DNA of 64,000 nt from Holophagales bacterium (lineage in GTDB: Bacteria > Acidobacteriota > Thermoanaerobaculia > UBA5066): NCBI GenBank assembly GCA_016714815.1, contig JADKBZ010000008.1, positions 53,513-117,512 on the forward strand. The letters are read 5' to 3'. The notes under the pieces are model-generated. The model was not told where the DNA came from, ran no database searches, and saw only the letters and a program-made list of their open reading frames with translations. A program made the translations under genes and the position numbers. Positions 37,801 through 47,399 of the stretch are shown here, piece after piece; within the stretch, counting starts at the first letter, position 1; the number at the start of each line of letters is the position of its first letter.

Positions 37801-37934
37801 CCCTCCGTCCCCGCCGGGGACGCCGCGTGGGGCACGACGGTTCGACAGCCAACCACGCCGAGGGCGGCGAGTACGACGAGCACCGTCTCGAATCGGGTGA
37901 GCGGCCGCGATGCGCTTGAAAGGCGCTGGCTCAA
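34869..37934 (-). CDS. Large secreted lipoprotein with PQQ/BamB-like beta-propeller repeats and a C-terminal putative Ig/cadherin-like domain
   Basis: 1021 aa. Lipobox LAALGVVGC. About 12 repeats of the form ..(K/R).DG.TG...WGP.. The C-terminal ..GEAYSYRIPVHNGRPPYRFSVESGPLPAGLSL..SGLLSGTP.. resembles a putative Ig domain. Confidence 0.7.
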   Translation of the reverse strand: MSQRLSSASRPLTRFETVLVVLAALGVVGCRTVVPHAASPAGTEGAMAVPVWRRDMGPSPDSMPFVSVHSVTSLRDRSTLVVSRMGNAVTALRYDSGGRLLSSARVFGWREPLAVDAAGSLFATARSPSGAIELMKFDAVSGLAAWRAPAIVSAESLLGTFATSLATDGSGNVVVAGRLYGQRDRKQRGWQLALVDGISGAVTWTVSHPAEGNGRADGPIGVEGDPNGDIVVAVAAGTEEGSAWGLRKYEGRSGVVLWERRFTGDPGGMSVPRRLALDSRGDVVVTGEAFEGNRCRWSVVKVDGRTGEPAWGPVRLDSAGSPSRRTRAVGLVVDPAGDVLASGSASSISMGSDELVKLDGRTGKTIWRSAGGSREAVVAFGVDLRADVLIAETTPDVPFRNPQLWVRKCDGATGRTLWGPVPIEPGRKAGLTVPLFVDEAGDLRFVATFSSSGYGSDAKLVSFSGGDGRLLHESILPADAGVEDDRPAGAARDSRGDVLVMTESGGVAKVDGITGALRWGPVWPDLTDDPAHQPIWGGRLALDRRGDVFVSGTLREGPRSVWWTMKRDGVTGGVLWGPRRLPQGQSAGLATDSGGDLVEIGLAGVGEEVYRSPRDESDDEGPSRGAWWVMKSDGATGEPRWSAAAFLGVPGAHSASWTRIRVDDRDDVLLVVSNEDGTVVGKVCGAKGDPAWGPIRLGGPAYALDLADGGNPVVLSNQSGRWPTNWLCSRISSRSGAVVWESVEPADAQASLFGWDLVVDRAGDVVVAGKYDVWNTLRGGWALAKYDGATGKTVRRERFAEAESPEGSWPKMTGAWRVAELPDGDLLIAGRDDGLGQSVLMKLGRQGSEPLWTRPLPELVDSQGALLPRAGGSRDEFTVLAKAEAGVTLLHFAEDFAIDVAGGSMPPALAGEAYSYRIPVHNGRPPYRFSVESGPLPAGLSLGKASGLLSGTPGVPGAASVLLAVRDADGRRTRRTVNLLVASRVEGRRAPVHSWCPPWHLQGGGPSYWCSESAPPEQAPR

Positions 37935-37944
37935 TCGGCCTCCC

Positions 37945-40158
37945 TCAGCTCCCGGGCTTCAGGGTCTTTCGCTCGAAGGCGAGCCAGCGCGCGACGTCGG
38001 TCGCGTACCAGCGGGAGAAGCGGCGATCGGAGGGGCCGCCGGCGAGGGCGGTCTCGGCTTCCTTCGTTGCGAGGTCGGCGACGAAGCGCCACGAAGGGCA
38101 GAACGACGACTCGCGTCCGGCGAGGCGGAGGACCTGTCCCTGGACGACCGTCGCACGGCCGCCCACCACCTCGAACGGCCCGCGGTCGAAGCCGAGAACG
38201 GGCGGGAGCTTTCCGCCGAAGAGGAGGTGGCGCATGAAGACGCGGCGCGACGAGCCCCAGACCGGAGTCGAGGCCGGATCGACGCCGCCCAACGCCTCGC
38301 ACGCGACGCGCGCGACCCAGGCGGCCTTCCCTTCCCCGCCGAACCACTCCTCCCCCTCCTCGCGGACGAGGACGTCGTCGAAGAGGCGGAAGTAGAACGG
38401 GTGAACGAGAGACGTGTCGCGCAGCGCGCGCCACGCCTCGGCCCCGAAGAGACCCTTGCCGAAGAGCTCCTCGCAGAACGCCGCGTAGAGCTTCTCGAAG
38501 AGGACGGCGCCCGTGGACGAGGCGTCGTAGCGGCGGTCCCAGGCGCGCAGGAAGCGGACGGCGGGGAGGTCGGGCAGGAATGCGTCGAGAGCGTCGAGGA
38601 GGCGTCGGGCCTGGCCGGAGACGAGGTCCGCCTGCATCCCGCCGAGATCGGCCGCCCCGAGGCCGCCGCCTCCCGCGAGCCTCGCGCCGACGAGCTCGCG
38701 CAGGCGATCGGCCCGGTCGCTCCCCATGGAGAGCGAGATCCCGACAGGGCTCCACGTCCCGTGGCCCGCGTCGTTCGCGGTGGCGAGGACGCCTTCGGGC
38801 GGGTCGAGGACGCGCGCGAGCGCGGACGGCGGAAGGGTTCCGTCCCAGAGGTCCCCCGGCTCCCAGCCGCGGAGCGGAAGGAGGCCGCTCTCCCGGCGGC
38901 GCCGCGGGAGGAGCCCCGACTGCTGCGCACCGATCCGGCCGTCCCTTTCCGAGAAGAGCCAGTTCGCGGTGAGGGCGAGGCGCGAGACGGCCTCCATCGC
39001 CTTCTCCACGCAGGAAGCGCTCCAGAGGTCGAGGATCGCCTCGAGCGAGGCGGCCCCGCCATCGCGCCGGCAGGTCCAGGCGCGCGCGAGCCAGAGCCCG
39101 TCGTCTACCCGCGTCGCACCGTCGGGCGTTTCGAGGACCCCCGCGTCCGTCTCGAAGACGACGACCTCGACGGCGGCGCCCTTCTTCCGGCGGATCGTGT
39201 CGCGGCGTTCGCTCAGCGGGACCCAGGAGTCGCCGCGCCGGTACCGCCCGCCCTTCACCTCCTCGATCACGAAGTCGATCGTGTCGGCAAAGCCGTAGGT
39301 GAAGCCGGCGGCGATCGCGCGCGTCCGCCCCATCACGAGGCCCGGGACGCCCGGCACCGTCACTCCGATCCGGAAGTCGCCGTCGGTCCGCTCTCCGACG
39401 ACCTCGTACCAGATGGCGGGGAGGCGGTTCACCTCGAGGTGCGGGTCGCTCGCGTAGAGCGCGGCGCCCGAGGTCGAGTGCCGCCCGGCGACCGCCACGT
39501 TGTTGCTCGCCCGCAGGCCCGGGAGCGGCGGGAGTCCGGGGACGAGGGGCGGCACGTGGCCCACCGCCCGGATCGCCGCCAGGAGCGGCTCGTCGAGGCC
39601 GTCGAGGTGCGGCTGGAAGAGGCGCGCGAGCTTCGTCGCGTCGACCCCGGCGCGGAGAGCCTGGAGGAGCGCCGTCTCCACGTCTCCCTGCGCCTGCGCG
39701 AGACCGACGAAGCTCATGAGCCGGAGCGTCAGGAGCGTGTCCGCGGGGCGCCACGGCTCGTCCGGAACGCCGAGGAGCCGCAGCTCCCACGGCCGGCCGA
39801 GCGCGAGGCGTGCGTTCACCCCCGCGGCATAGGCCTCGGACAGCTCGAGCGCCCGGCCGCCGAGCGAGGCGGCCTCCTCTTCGGAGCCGGCCGCGAAGAG
39901 GTTCTTTCTCATGAAGAGGTCGATCGCCAGCGAGGAGGGTGAATCGTCCAGGAGTTCGCAGAGGCGCCCCTGGCCGATCACTTTCACGAGAAGCATCTGG
40001 AGCGCCCGGTCGTGCCCGTGGGCGTAGCCGTACGCCGCGGCGAGGTCGAGGTCGTCCGCCGCGGCGGCGTGCATCACGCCGTGCTCGTCGCGGCGGAGCG
40101 TGAAGGCGCGACCGTCGGCCGTGAAGGGGCGCGGAGAGGTTCCGATTCGAGGTCTCAC
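37945..40158 (-). CDS. Penicillin amidase / acylase family protein (S45, Ntn-hydrolase)
   Basis: 737 aa. The beta-subunit N-terminal nucleophile region ..GLRASNNVAVAGRHSTSGAALYASDPHL.. is typical of S45 acylases. Confidence 0.85.
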   Translation of the reverse strand: MRPRIGTSPRPFTADGRAFTLRRDEHGVMHAAAADDLDLAAAYGYAHGHDRALQMLLVKVIGQGRLCELLDDSPSSLAIDLFMRKNLFAAGSEEEAASLGGRALELSEAYAAGVNARLALGRPWELRLLGVPDEPWRPADTLLTLRLMSFVGLAQAQGDVETALLQALRAGVDATKLARLFQPHLDGLDEPLLAAIRAVGHVPPLVPGLPPLPGLRASNNVAVAGRHSTSGAALYASDPHLEVNRLPAIWYEVVGERTDGDFRIGVTVPGVPGLVMGRTRAIAAGFTYGFADTIDFVIEEVKGGRYRRGDSWVPLSERRDTIRRKKGAAVEVVVFETDAGVLETPDGATRVDDGLWLARAWTCRRDGGAASLEAILDLWSASCVEKAMEAVSRLALTANWLFSERDGRIGAQQSGLLPRRRRESGLLPLRGWEPGDLWDGTLPPSALARVLDPPEGVLATANDAGHGTWSPVGISLSMGSDRADRLRELVGARLAGGGGLGAADLGGMQADLVSGQARRLLDALDAFLPDLPAVRFLRAWDRRYDASSTGAVLFEKLYAAFCEELFGKGLFGAEAWRALRDTSLVHPFYFRLFDDVLVREEGEEWFGGEGKAAWVARVACEALGGVDPASTPVWGSSRRVFMRHLLFGGKLPPVLGFDRGPFEVVGGRATVVQGQVLRLAGRESSFCPSWRFVADLATKEAETALAGGPSDRRFSRWYATDVARWLAFERKTLKPGS

Positions 40159-40220
40159 GGCCGGTCATTCTATGGGCGGCAGTGCGAAACCTGCCCCCGG
40201 CCCCGGCCGTACCTCGATAC

Positions 40221-43200
40221 ATGCAACGCTTCCCAGCGACAGCTCTGGCCGCGAGTCTCCTCGCGGTCCTGCCCTTGGCCTCCGCGGCCGCCCAGCCCGT
40301 CGCGGACGTCGCGGACGTCACGAAAGACGCCCGCCTCTTCCGCTTCCCCGACGTCCACGGCGACACGATCGCCTTCTCCCACGCCGGAGATCTCTGGACC
40401 GTCCCCGCCTCCGGCGGCACCGCGCGCCGCCTGACGACCGGGGACGGCCTCGAGCTCTTCCCCCGCTTCTCGCCCGACGGGAAGTGGATCGCCTTCACCG
40501 GCCAGTACGACGGGACGACCGACGTCTACGTCATGCCGGCCACCGGAGGCGAGCCGCGCCGCCTCACCTGGTACCCCTCGACGGACCAGTCGGAGCGGAT
40601 GGGGCCCGACAACCTCGTCCTCGGCTGGACCCCCGACGGGAAGATCCTCTTCCGTGGCCTGCGCGGGCCGATCCGCGGCTTCGTCGGCGAGCCTTACGTC
40701 GTCTCGCCCGAAGGAGGCCCGGTCGAGCGCTTCCCGCTCCCCGAGTCGGGCGCCCTCAGCTTCTCGCCCGACGGGAAGCGGATCGCCTACAACCGGATCT
40801 TCCGCGATTTCCGCCCCTGGAAACGCTACAAGGGGGGCATGGCCCAGGACGTCTGGCTCTACGACCTGGCGTCGAAGGCGATCGAGAAGGTCACCGACTG
40901 GCCCGGCACCGACACGCAGCCGATCTGGATCGGCGGGTCCGTCTACTTCCTCTCCGACCGCGACGGCTGGAAGGGGAACCTCTGGAAGGTCGACGTCGCG
41001 ACGAAGGCGACGGCGCGCGTCACCTCGTTCGCCGAGTACGACGTGAAGTGGCCGAGCGCCGGCGAAGCCGGGGGCGCCTCGATCGTCTTCGAGAACGGCG
41101 GCTGGCTCTACCTCCTCGACACGAAGAGCGGGCAGAGCCGCAAGGTGACGGTCGATCTCCCCGACGACCGCAAGCTCGCGCGGACCCGCTGGACGAAGGT
41201 GGACGAGAGGATCACCGACTTCGCCCTCGCCCCCGGTGGGCAGCGCGCCGTCCTCACGGCCCGCGGCGACGTCTTCACCGTGCCGGTCGAGAACGGCAAC
41301 ACCCGGAACCTGACCCGGACGAGCGGCGCGCGCGAGCGCAACGCCGTCTGGTCTCCCGACGGGAAATCGGTCGCCTGGTGGTCCGACGCCTCGGGCGAGG
41401 AGGAGCTCTTCGTCGCCCCGCAGGACGGCAAGGGAGATCCGGTGAAGGTCGCCCCGGCGACGAGCACCTGGCACTTCCCTCCCGTCTGGTCGGGCGACTC
41501 GAAAAAGCTCGCGTACTCCGACCGGACGATGCGCCTCTGGGTCGTCGACGTGGCCGAAAAGAAGCCCGTCCTCGTCGACACCGCGACGATCCTCGAGATC
41601 TCCCGCTACGCCCTCTCGCCCGACGGGCAGTGGCTCGCCTACGTGAAGTCCGTCGAGAACGACTTCCCCGTCGTCTTCCTCCACTCGCTCGTCACGAAGA
41701 AGACGGTCCCGGTCACGTCGGCCGCCTCCCGGGCCGCAGAGCCGGTCTTCGACCCGGAGGGGAAATACCTCTACCTCCTCTCCGACCGCGACCTCAACCC
41801 GACGCTCGGCGCCTTCGAGGCCTCGTACACCGTCAACAAAACGACCCGCCCCTACGCGCTCCTTCTCGCCGCCGCCACTCCTTCGCCCTTCGCTCCGAAG
41901 AGCGACGAGGTGAAGCTGGGGGGAGCGAAGGAGCCCGCAAAGGACGAGAAGAAGCCCGAGCCGGGCAAGGAGGCCGGAAAGGAGGCCAGGAAGGAGGGCG
42001 ACGGAAAGGACGTGCCGAAACCCGTCACACTGAAAGTCGACCTCGACGGGATCGAGAGCCGCCTCGTCGCCTTCCCCGTCCCGCCCGGCAACATCTACGG
42101 CCTGACGGCGGCGAAGGGGAAGCTCTTCTGGCTCTCCGCGCCGACGCTCGCCCTCACCGAAGGGGACGGCCCGCCGAAGAGCGCCCTGCAGATGTACGAC
42201 CTCGAGAAGAGGAAGGTCGCCGACCTCTTCCCCGCCGTCGAGAACTACGACCTCGCGCCCGACGGTTCGAAGCTGATCGTCAGGTCCGACGCGAAGACCT
42301 ACCAGGTCGTCGAGCCGAAGGAGGGGCTCAAGCCCGGGGACGGTAAGCTCGACCTCTCGGGCCTCCGGATGGAGCTCGACCCGCGGGCCGAGTGGCGTCA
42401 GATCTTCCGCGAGACGTGGCGCCTCTACCGCGACTTCTTCTACCTCCCCGACATGGGAAAGATCGACTGGGACGGGATCCGGAAGCGGTACGAGCCTCTC
42501 GTGGCGCACGTCTCCCACCGCTTCGACCTGACCTACGTCCTCTCCGAGGTCGCCGCCGAGCTCGGCTCGGGCCACGCCTACGTCGGCGGCGGCGACGTGC
42601 CGAAGGTGGAGAAGCTCCCCGTCGGCATGCTCGGCGCCGACCTCGCGCTCGACGCGAAGGCCGGCCGCTGGAAGATCGCCCGCATCCTCCCCGGCCAGAA
42701 CTGGAACGAGAACCGTCGCTCGCCGCTCACCGAGCCGGGCGTGAACGTGAAGGAGGGGGACTACCTCCTCGCCGTCGACGGCCGCGACCTGACCGCGAAG
42801 GACGAGCCGTATCGCCTCCTCGTGGGGAACTTCCCCGCCGCCTCCTCCTCCGGCCCCACCCCGCGCACCGTCACCCTCCTCGTAAATGCGCAGCCCGTCG
42901 CCGCCGGCGCCCGCGAGGTCGTCGTGAAGCCGATCGGAAACGAAGAAGAGCTCCGCTACGTCGACTGGGTCGAGACGAACCGGAAGAAGGTCGACGCCGC
43001 GACGAACGGCCGCGTCGGCTACGTCCACATCCCGAACATGGGAGGCGACGGCCTCCAGGAGTTCATCCGGCAGTTCTACCCGCAGCTCCGAAAGGAAGCG
43101 CTCGTCGTCGACGTCCGCGCCAACGGCGGCGGCTTCGTCTCCGAGATGATCCTCGAGCGGCTCGCCCGCACGGTGAAGGGAATGGGGAACATGCGCAATG

Positions 43201-43634
43201 CCCGCCCCGGCCCCTACCCGACGGCCGCCTTCAACGGCCCGATGGTCGCCCTCATCAGCCCCTATTCCGCCTCGGACGGCGACATCTTCCCGCACTACTT
43301 CCGCGAGTACGGGCTCGGCCCGCTCATCGGGGAGCGGACCTGGGGCGGCGTCGTCGGCATCCGCGGCCTCGGCGGCGGGATGGTCGACGGCGGATATACC
43401 TTCGTCCCCGAGTTCGGCACCTACGACCTGAAGTCGCGCTGGATCATGGAGAACGAAGGGGTCTCGCCCGACATCGAGGTCGACAACCTCCCGGCCGACG
43501 AGCTGGCCGGAAAGGATGCCCAGCTCGAGCGCGGGATCGCCGAGGTGTTGAAGCGGCTCGAGGCGAGCCCATCGAAGTGGGCTCCCCTGCCGGCGTCGAA
43601 GGACCTCGCGAACCCGGCGGTGCCGAAGAGGTAA
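40221..43634 (+). CDS. Tricorn-protease-like S41 peptidase, paralog 2
   Basis: Start at ATG 40221 (MQRFPATALAASLLAVLPLASAAAQP signal). GTG 40182 is possible. Same architecture as 28437..31811, including a Lys/Glu-rich insert at the equivalent position. C-terminal ..GRVGYVHIPNMG..VVDVRANGGG.. Confidence 0.8.
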   Translation: MQRFPATALAASLLAVLPLASAAAQPVADVADVTKDARLFRFPDVHGDTIAFSHAGDLWTVPASGGTARRLTTGDGLELFPRFSPDGKWIAFTGQYDGTTDVYVMPATGGEPRRLTWYPSTDQSERMGPDNLVLGWTPDGKILFRGLRGPIRGFVGEPYVVSPEGGPVERFPLPESGALSFSPDGKRIAYNRIFRDFRPWKRYKGGMAQDVWLYDLASKAIEKVTDWPGTDTQPIWIGGSVYFLSDRDGWKGNLWKVDVATKATARVTSFAEYDVKWPSAGEAGGASIVFENGGWLYLLDTKSGQSRKVTVDLPDDRKLARTRWTKVDERITDFALAPGGQRAVLTARGDVFTVPVENGNTRNLTRTSGARERNAVWSPDGKSVAWWSDASGEEELFVAPQDGKGDPVKVAPATSTWHFPPVWSGDSKKLAYSDRTMRLWVVDVAEKKPVLVDTATILEISRYALSPDGQWLAYVKSVENDFPVVFLHSLVTKKTVPVTSAASRAAEPVFDPEGKYLYLLSDRDLNPTLGAFEASYTVNKTTRPYALLLAAATPSPFAPKSDEVKLGGAKEPAKDEKKPEPGKEAGKEARKEGDGKDVPKPVTLKVDLDGIESRLVAFPVPPGNIYGLTAAKGKLFWLSAPTLALTEGDGPPKSALQMYDLEKRKVADLFPAVENYDLAPDGSKLIVRSDAKTYQVVEPKEGLKPGDGKLDLSGLRMELDPRAEWRQIFRETWRLYRDFFYLPDMGKIDWDGIRKRYEPLVAHVSHRFDLTYVLSEVAAELGSGHAYVGGGDVPKVEKLPVGMLGADLALDAKAGRWKIARILPGQNWNENRRSPLTEPGVNVKEGDYLLAVDGRDLTAKDEPYRLLVGNFPAASSSGPTPRTVTLLVNAQPVAAGAREVVVKPIGNEEELRYVDWVETNRKKVDAATNGRVGYVHIPNMGGDGLQEFIRQFYPQLRKEALVVDVRANGGGFVSEMILERLARTVKGMGNMRNARPGPYPTAAFNGPMVALISPYSASDGDIFPHYFREYGLGPLIGERTWGGVVGIRGLGGGMVDGGYTFVPEFGTYDLKSRWIMENEGVSPDIEVDNLPADELAGKDAQLERGIAEVLKRLEASPSKWAPLPASKDLANPAVPKR

Positions 43635-43719
43635 TGCTCCGGGAATTCTGGTGAGTCGAAGCGGCCGGCGGAAACGCCGGCCGCTTCATTCCCTGCGGGT
43701 CCGTCGCCGGGATGGAAGG

Positions 43720-44949
43720 TCAGGACCTGGCCGCCTGGGCTCCCACCCGCCGGGCCACCATCAGGTTCGAGTCCTTCTCCTGGTGGCGGTAGCCGATGCC
43801 GAACGGCAGCGGCTCGGCCGGCGGGGGGCCGGCGAAGGCCTCGACGAGGTCGGGCTGGAAGCGCTCCTCGAAGAGCCGGATCGGCTTCCTGTACGAGCCG
43901 AAAAGCCTGGACTGCCACCGGTCCTTCTCGAAGAAGCGGTACGGAATCCCCGAGTCGTCCTGGAGGACGAGCGACGAGTGGTCGAGGATGACGCCGCGCA
44001 CGGTCGAGAAGGTCGGCTTGTACATCAGGTACGACGCCGCCTTCAGGAAGGTGGCCGGCTTCTCGAGCGACGCGAGCCAGGCCGTCAGCTCGGGCCGCTT
44101 CTTCAGCCCCGTGTCGGAAAGGTCCTGCGAGAAGTAGAGGAGCTCCCTGGTCGCCTCCTCGCCCAGCGCGCGGAAGAGGATGCGCGCTCCCCGGCGTTTG
44201 GACTCGTCTCCGGCCGGGACGTTCTCGAGGGATCCTCCCGGGCCGACGGTGACGTAGCCGACGTCGAGGATCTCGTGCCCCGTCCCCGCGAGGAAGACCA
44301 TCAGGATGGGGAGAACCCCCTCTTCCGCGAGGTCCTTCTTCATCTCGTTCGTCCGGAAGAAGCTGATCTGGAGAATCGGCCGGACGTACTTCTCCATCTC
44401 GGAGAGGTCACTCGCCAGCTCCGCCTCGGGGCGCGAGGCGACGTCGGGGACCGCCCCGACGGGCTCGAGCCCGACGAGGACGTAGCGGCTGGCCGACGGA
44501 AAGAAGGCGAGAGGGTAGAGGCCGTCCGGCCCGGCGAAGGGATAGAAGAGCGACCGGGGGGCGGGGCCGGGCTCCGTCAGGTGCTCCTTCGCCCAGAGCC
44601 GGACCTTCTCGAGCCGGGCCTTGTCGTGCTGCTGCCAGAGCCCCCGGATCTTCTTCGCGTGGTCCTGGCAGGCGGCGGACGATTCCACGGCGGCGAGGGG
44701 GCCGTCCCCGACGGGGAGGCCCGCGAGGAGGCGCCCCGTCTGCGTCAGGAGCTTCGCCCGGACCGGATCGAAGGCCGGCGGCGGCGCGGGAGTCGGATCG
44801 GGAGCGGGGCTGAAGGCCGCCGCGGCGGCCGCGGTCGCGGGCCGCGTCGGGACGGGACGGGAGCCCCCGGCCTCGGAGCGTGAGCAGCCGCTGGCGGAGA
44901 GGAGAGCGACGACGGAGAGGGTGACGGCGGAAAGGGAGTTCCTGCTCAT
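43720..44949 (-). CDS. Hypothetical lipoprotein (Pro/Ala-rich linker after the lipobox)
   Basis: 409 aa. Lipobox LLSASGC. High GC3. No family recognised. The plus-strand ORF 43651..44883 is rejected as Arg-rich. Confidence 0.6.
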   Translation of the reverse strand: MSRNSLSAVTLSVVALLSASGCSRSEAGGSRPVPTRPATAAAAAAFSPAPDPTPAPPPAFDPVRAKLLTQTGRLLAGLPVGDGPLAAVESSAACQDHAKKIRGLWQQHDKARLEKVRLWAKEHLTEPGPAPRSLFYPFAGPDGLYPLAFFPSASRYVLVGLEPVGAVPDVASRPEAELASDLSEMEKYVRPILQISFFRTNEMKKDLAEEGVLPILMVFLAGTGHEILDVGYVTVGPGGSLENVPAGDESKRRGARILFRALGEEATRELLYFSQDLSDTGLKKRPELTAWLASLEKPATFLKAASYLMYKPTFSTVRGVILDHSSLVLQDDSGIPYRFFEKDRWQSRLFGSYRKPIRLFEERFQPDLVEAFAGPPPAEPLPFGIGYRHQEKDSNLMVARRVGAQAARS

Positions 44950-44952
44950 GGG

Positions 44953-46284
44953 TCAGCTGGCCTCGGCCAGACCTTTCTTCACTGCCAGGAAGTAGACGCC
45001 CAGCCCGGCCACGACCGTGACCAGCCCGGAGAGCGACTCCACCGGCTTGTTCATGAGGACGTAGACGAGCATCCAGCCGTTCACGGCCAGGAAGAGGAGC
45101 GGGGTGAACGGATAGCCCCAGGTCCGGTAGGGGCGCGGGAGGGCGGGCTCCCGGCGCCGGAGGACGATCACGCCGGCCACGGTGAACGCGGTCGAGAGGG
45201 TGAGGGTGAAGCCGAGGTAGGTGAGGACCGCCTCGAAGGTGGAGGTGGCGAGAAGGAAGAGGACGATGCCGAGCTGCAGGAGGATCGCCACGGCCGGGGC
45301 GCCCGCACGGTTGCGGCGCGCGAGCGGAGCGAAGAAGCGGAGGTCCTCGCCGATCACCTGCGCCACGCGAGGCCCCGCCCAGGCCATCGCGCTGATGGAG
45401 GAGACGAGCCCGAGCGAGATCAGGAGGCCCATGATCCGCGCCCCGCCCGTGCTGAAGATGTGGAGCGCCGAGACGAAGCCGACCTCGACCTTCCCCGCGA
45501 GCTCGCTGATCGGGGCCGTCCGGAGGAAGACGAAATTGAGCAGGAGGAAGAGGAAGGTGACGATCGCCGTTCCGAGGAAGAGCGAGCGGGGAATCGTCCG
45601 CTGCGGGTCGGCCACCTCTCCGGCGATGTAGGCCGAGCCGTTCCAGCCCGAGTAGGCGTACATGACGAAGACGAGCGAGACGGCGAACGGGGCGCTGAAG
45701 ACGAGAGGGAGGTCCGAGGCGGCCGGCACGATCCGGATCGGCTGGGAGCCCGCCAGGAAGAGCCCGCAGGCGGAGAAGACGAGGATCAGCGTGACCTTCG
45801 CCCAGGTGAAACCGTTCTGGAACCACCCCCCGACCCGGACCCCGGCGAGGTGGACGGCGGAGATGGCGACGACGGCTCCGATGGCGATCCACCTGGCGGT
45901 CTCCTCGGGAAGCCCGAGGACGCGCGAGAGGTACCTGCCGAACGCCATCGCGGCGAGCGCCTCGGGAGCCGCGAAGCCGACCGTGAGAGAGATCCAGCCC
46001 GAGGCGAAGCCCGCCGAGGGGTGGTAGATCCGCGACAGGAAGTTGTACTCCCCGCCCGACCGCGGGAGAGCCGCCGCGAGCTCGGCGTAGCAGAGAGCGC
46101 CGGAGGCCGCGGCCACGCCCCCGACGACCCAGAGCATCAGGAGCGGAAAGGGCGAGGGGATCACGGCGGCCTGGAAGCCAAGGCTCGTGAAGACCCCTGT
46201 CCCCACCATGCTCGCCACGACGATGCTCGTGGCGGTGAGGACGCCGGAGCGGGACCGGGACGGGGAGGAGGAATCGCCGCTCAT
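44953..46284 (-). CDS. APC-superfamily amino acid/polyamine permease
   Basis: 443 aa, about 12 TM segments. Typical APC N-terminal ..SIVVASMVGTGVF... Confidence 0.85.
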   Translation of the reverse strand: MSGDSSSPSRSRSGVLTATSIVVASMVGTGVFTSLGFQAAVIPSPFPLLMLWVVGGVAAASGALCYAELAAALPRSGGEYNFLSRIYHPSAGFASGWISLTVGFAAPEALAAMAFGRYLSRVLGLPEETARWIAIGAVVAISAVHLAGVRVGGWFQNGFTWAKVTLILVFSACGLFLAGSQPIRIVPAASDLPLVFSAPFAVSLVFVMYAYSGWNGSAYIAGEVADPQRTIPRSLFLGTAIVTFLFLLLNFVFLRTAPISELAGKVEVGFVSALHIFSTGGARIMGLLISLGLVSSISAMAWAGPRVAQVIGEDLRFFAPLARRNRAGAPAVAILLQLGIVLFLLATSTFEAVLTYLGFTLTLSTAFTVAGVIVLRRREPALPRPYRTWGYPFTPLLFLAVNGWMLVYVLMNKPVESLSGLVTVVAGLGVYFLAVKKGLAEAS

Positions 46285-46287
46285 CCG

Positions 46288-47289
46288 CTATTTCAGCTTC
46301 GCGAGAAAGGTGTCGAGCTTCGCATGAAAGGTCTCCGGGTCGTCGAGCATGATCCAGTGTCCCGTTTCGGGGACCTCTTCCGCGGGAATCGAGGGGAGAA
46401 GAGCCCGGATGCTGAGCGGCCCCGTCGTCCCGGGGCGGACGAGAAGAGCCGCGGGTCCCCTGTAGGACTTCAGCGGGGCGACCGGGTGGTAGGCGGCGAG
46501 GCCGGCGTAGGCGGCCGAGGCGGCGCGCGGATCCGTCCGCCGCAGCGTCGAGAAGACCTCCGCTTCCGTTTCGGGCTTCTCCGGGAGCAGGGTCTTGCCG
46601 AACCAGCCCTCCATGAACTTCCGGAAGGTGGCGGGCTCCATCCCCCTGCGCGTCGCCCGGACCCTCGTCTTCGGCAGCTTCGAGACGTCTCCCGCCGGGT
46701 CGACGAGAAGAAGTCCCGCGATCCGGTCCGGGTGCGCCCCGGCGTAGCAGCCGACGACGGCTCCTCCGAGCGAGTGCCCGACGAGGACGAACCGCCGGAA
46801 ACCGAGCTCGTCCGCCACGGCCCCGACGTCGCTCGCAAGGTCCTCGATCGCGTAGCGGCCGTCGGCGGGAAGCGTCGACCGGCCGTGCCCTCGAAGGTCG
46901 AAGGCGGCCGCGCGCCTCGTGGCCCGGAGGTGCGAGAGGGCCCCCGCCCAGACTCCCGAGTCCCCCGCGAGGCCGTGGACGAAGAGAACCGGAAGGCCCC
47001 CCTCCCCGCCGTCGAAGACGTGGAGGCGCACCGAAGGGCGATTCACCATCACCACCCGCGCGTCGCTCTCCGGCGAAATGCGCGGCAAAACGTCCTCTTC
47101 ACCGGCGGCCACGGGGCTCCGGGCCACGGCTCCGCACGGCAGCAGGAGGAGCAGGACGGCAGCGGGGAGGCGCCGTCGCGAACGACCGGTTCTTCTGATC
47201 AGGGGGGTCTCTCCATCCGGGCCGCGGCTCGCGAGTCCGCCCGCCTGCCGCGTCGAAGGACCATACAGAACGGAGAGACACCTGTCCAA
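46288..47289 (-). CDS. Alpha/beta-hydrolase fold protein (proline-iminopeptidase-like), possibly secreted
   Basis: ..VLFVHGLAGDSGVW.. and ..LVGHSLGG.. nucleophile elbow. The start is uncertain: ATG 47289 gives a long N-region before the hydrophobic stretch LPAAVLLLLLPCGAVA, and an internal ATG (MVNRPS) gives a cytoplasmic form. A 4-nt gap separates it from the downstream permease. Confidence 0.7.
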   Translation of the reverse strand: MDRCLSVLYGPSTRQAGGLASRGPDGETPLIRRTGRSRRRLPAAVLLLLLPCGAVARSPVAAGEEDVLPRISPESDARVVMVNRPSVRLHVFDGGEGGLPVLFVHGLAGDSGVWAGALSHLRATRRAAAFDLRGHGRSTLPADGRYAIEDLASDVGAVADELGFRRFVLVGHSLGGAVVGCYAGAHPDRIAGLLLVDPAGDVSKLPKTRVRATRRGMEPATFRKFMEGWFGKTLLPEKPETEAEVFSTLRRTDPRAASAAYAGLAAYHPVAPLKSYRGPAALLVRPGTTGPLSIRALLPSIPAEEVPETGHWIMLDDPETFHAKLDTFLAKLK

Positions 47290-47359
47290 AGAGGGCGGAA
47301 CGCCCGCGGGCTTCGGGTTCCGGTTCTCTTCCGCTCTCCCGAGGTGGGGGGAAAAGCCT

Positions 47360-47387
47360 CTATATTAGAAAATCAAGACCTGACCCC
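47360..47387 (-). repeat. Conserved 28-bp motif, copy b (minus orientation), about 70 bp upstream of the alpha/beta-hydrolase start
   Basis: The reverse complement reads GGGGTCAGGTCTTGATTTTCTAATATAG. Confidence 0.8.
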
Positions 47388-47399
47388 AAGCCGGGGGAA

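Noticed and set aside
43651-44883. 410-aa plus-strand ORF
   Set aside because: Arg/Glu/Gly-rich antisense of the lipoprotein gene 43720..44949.
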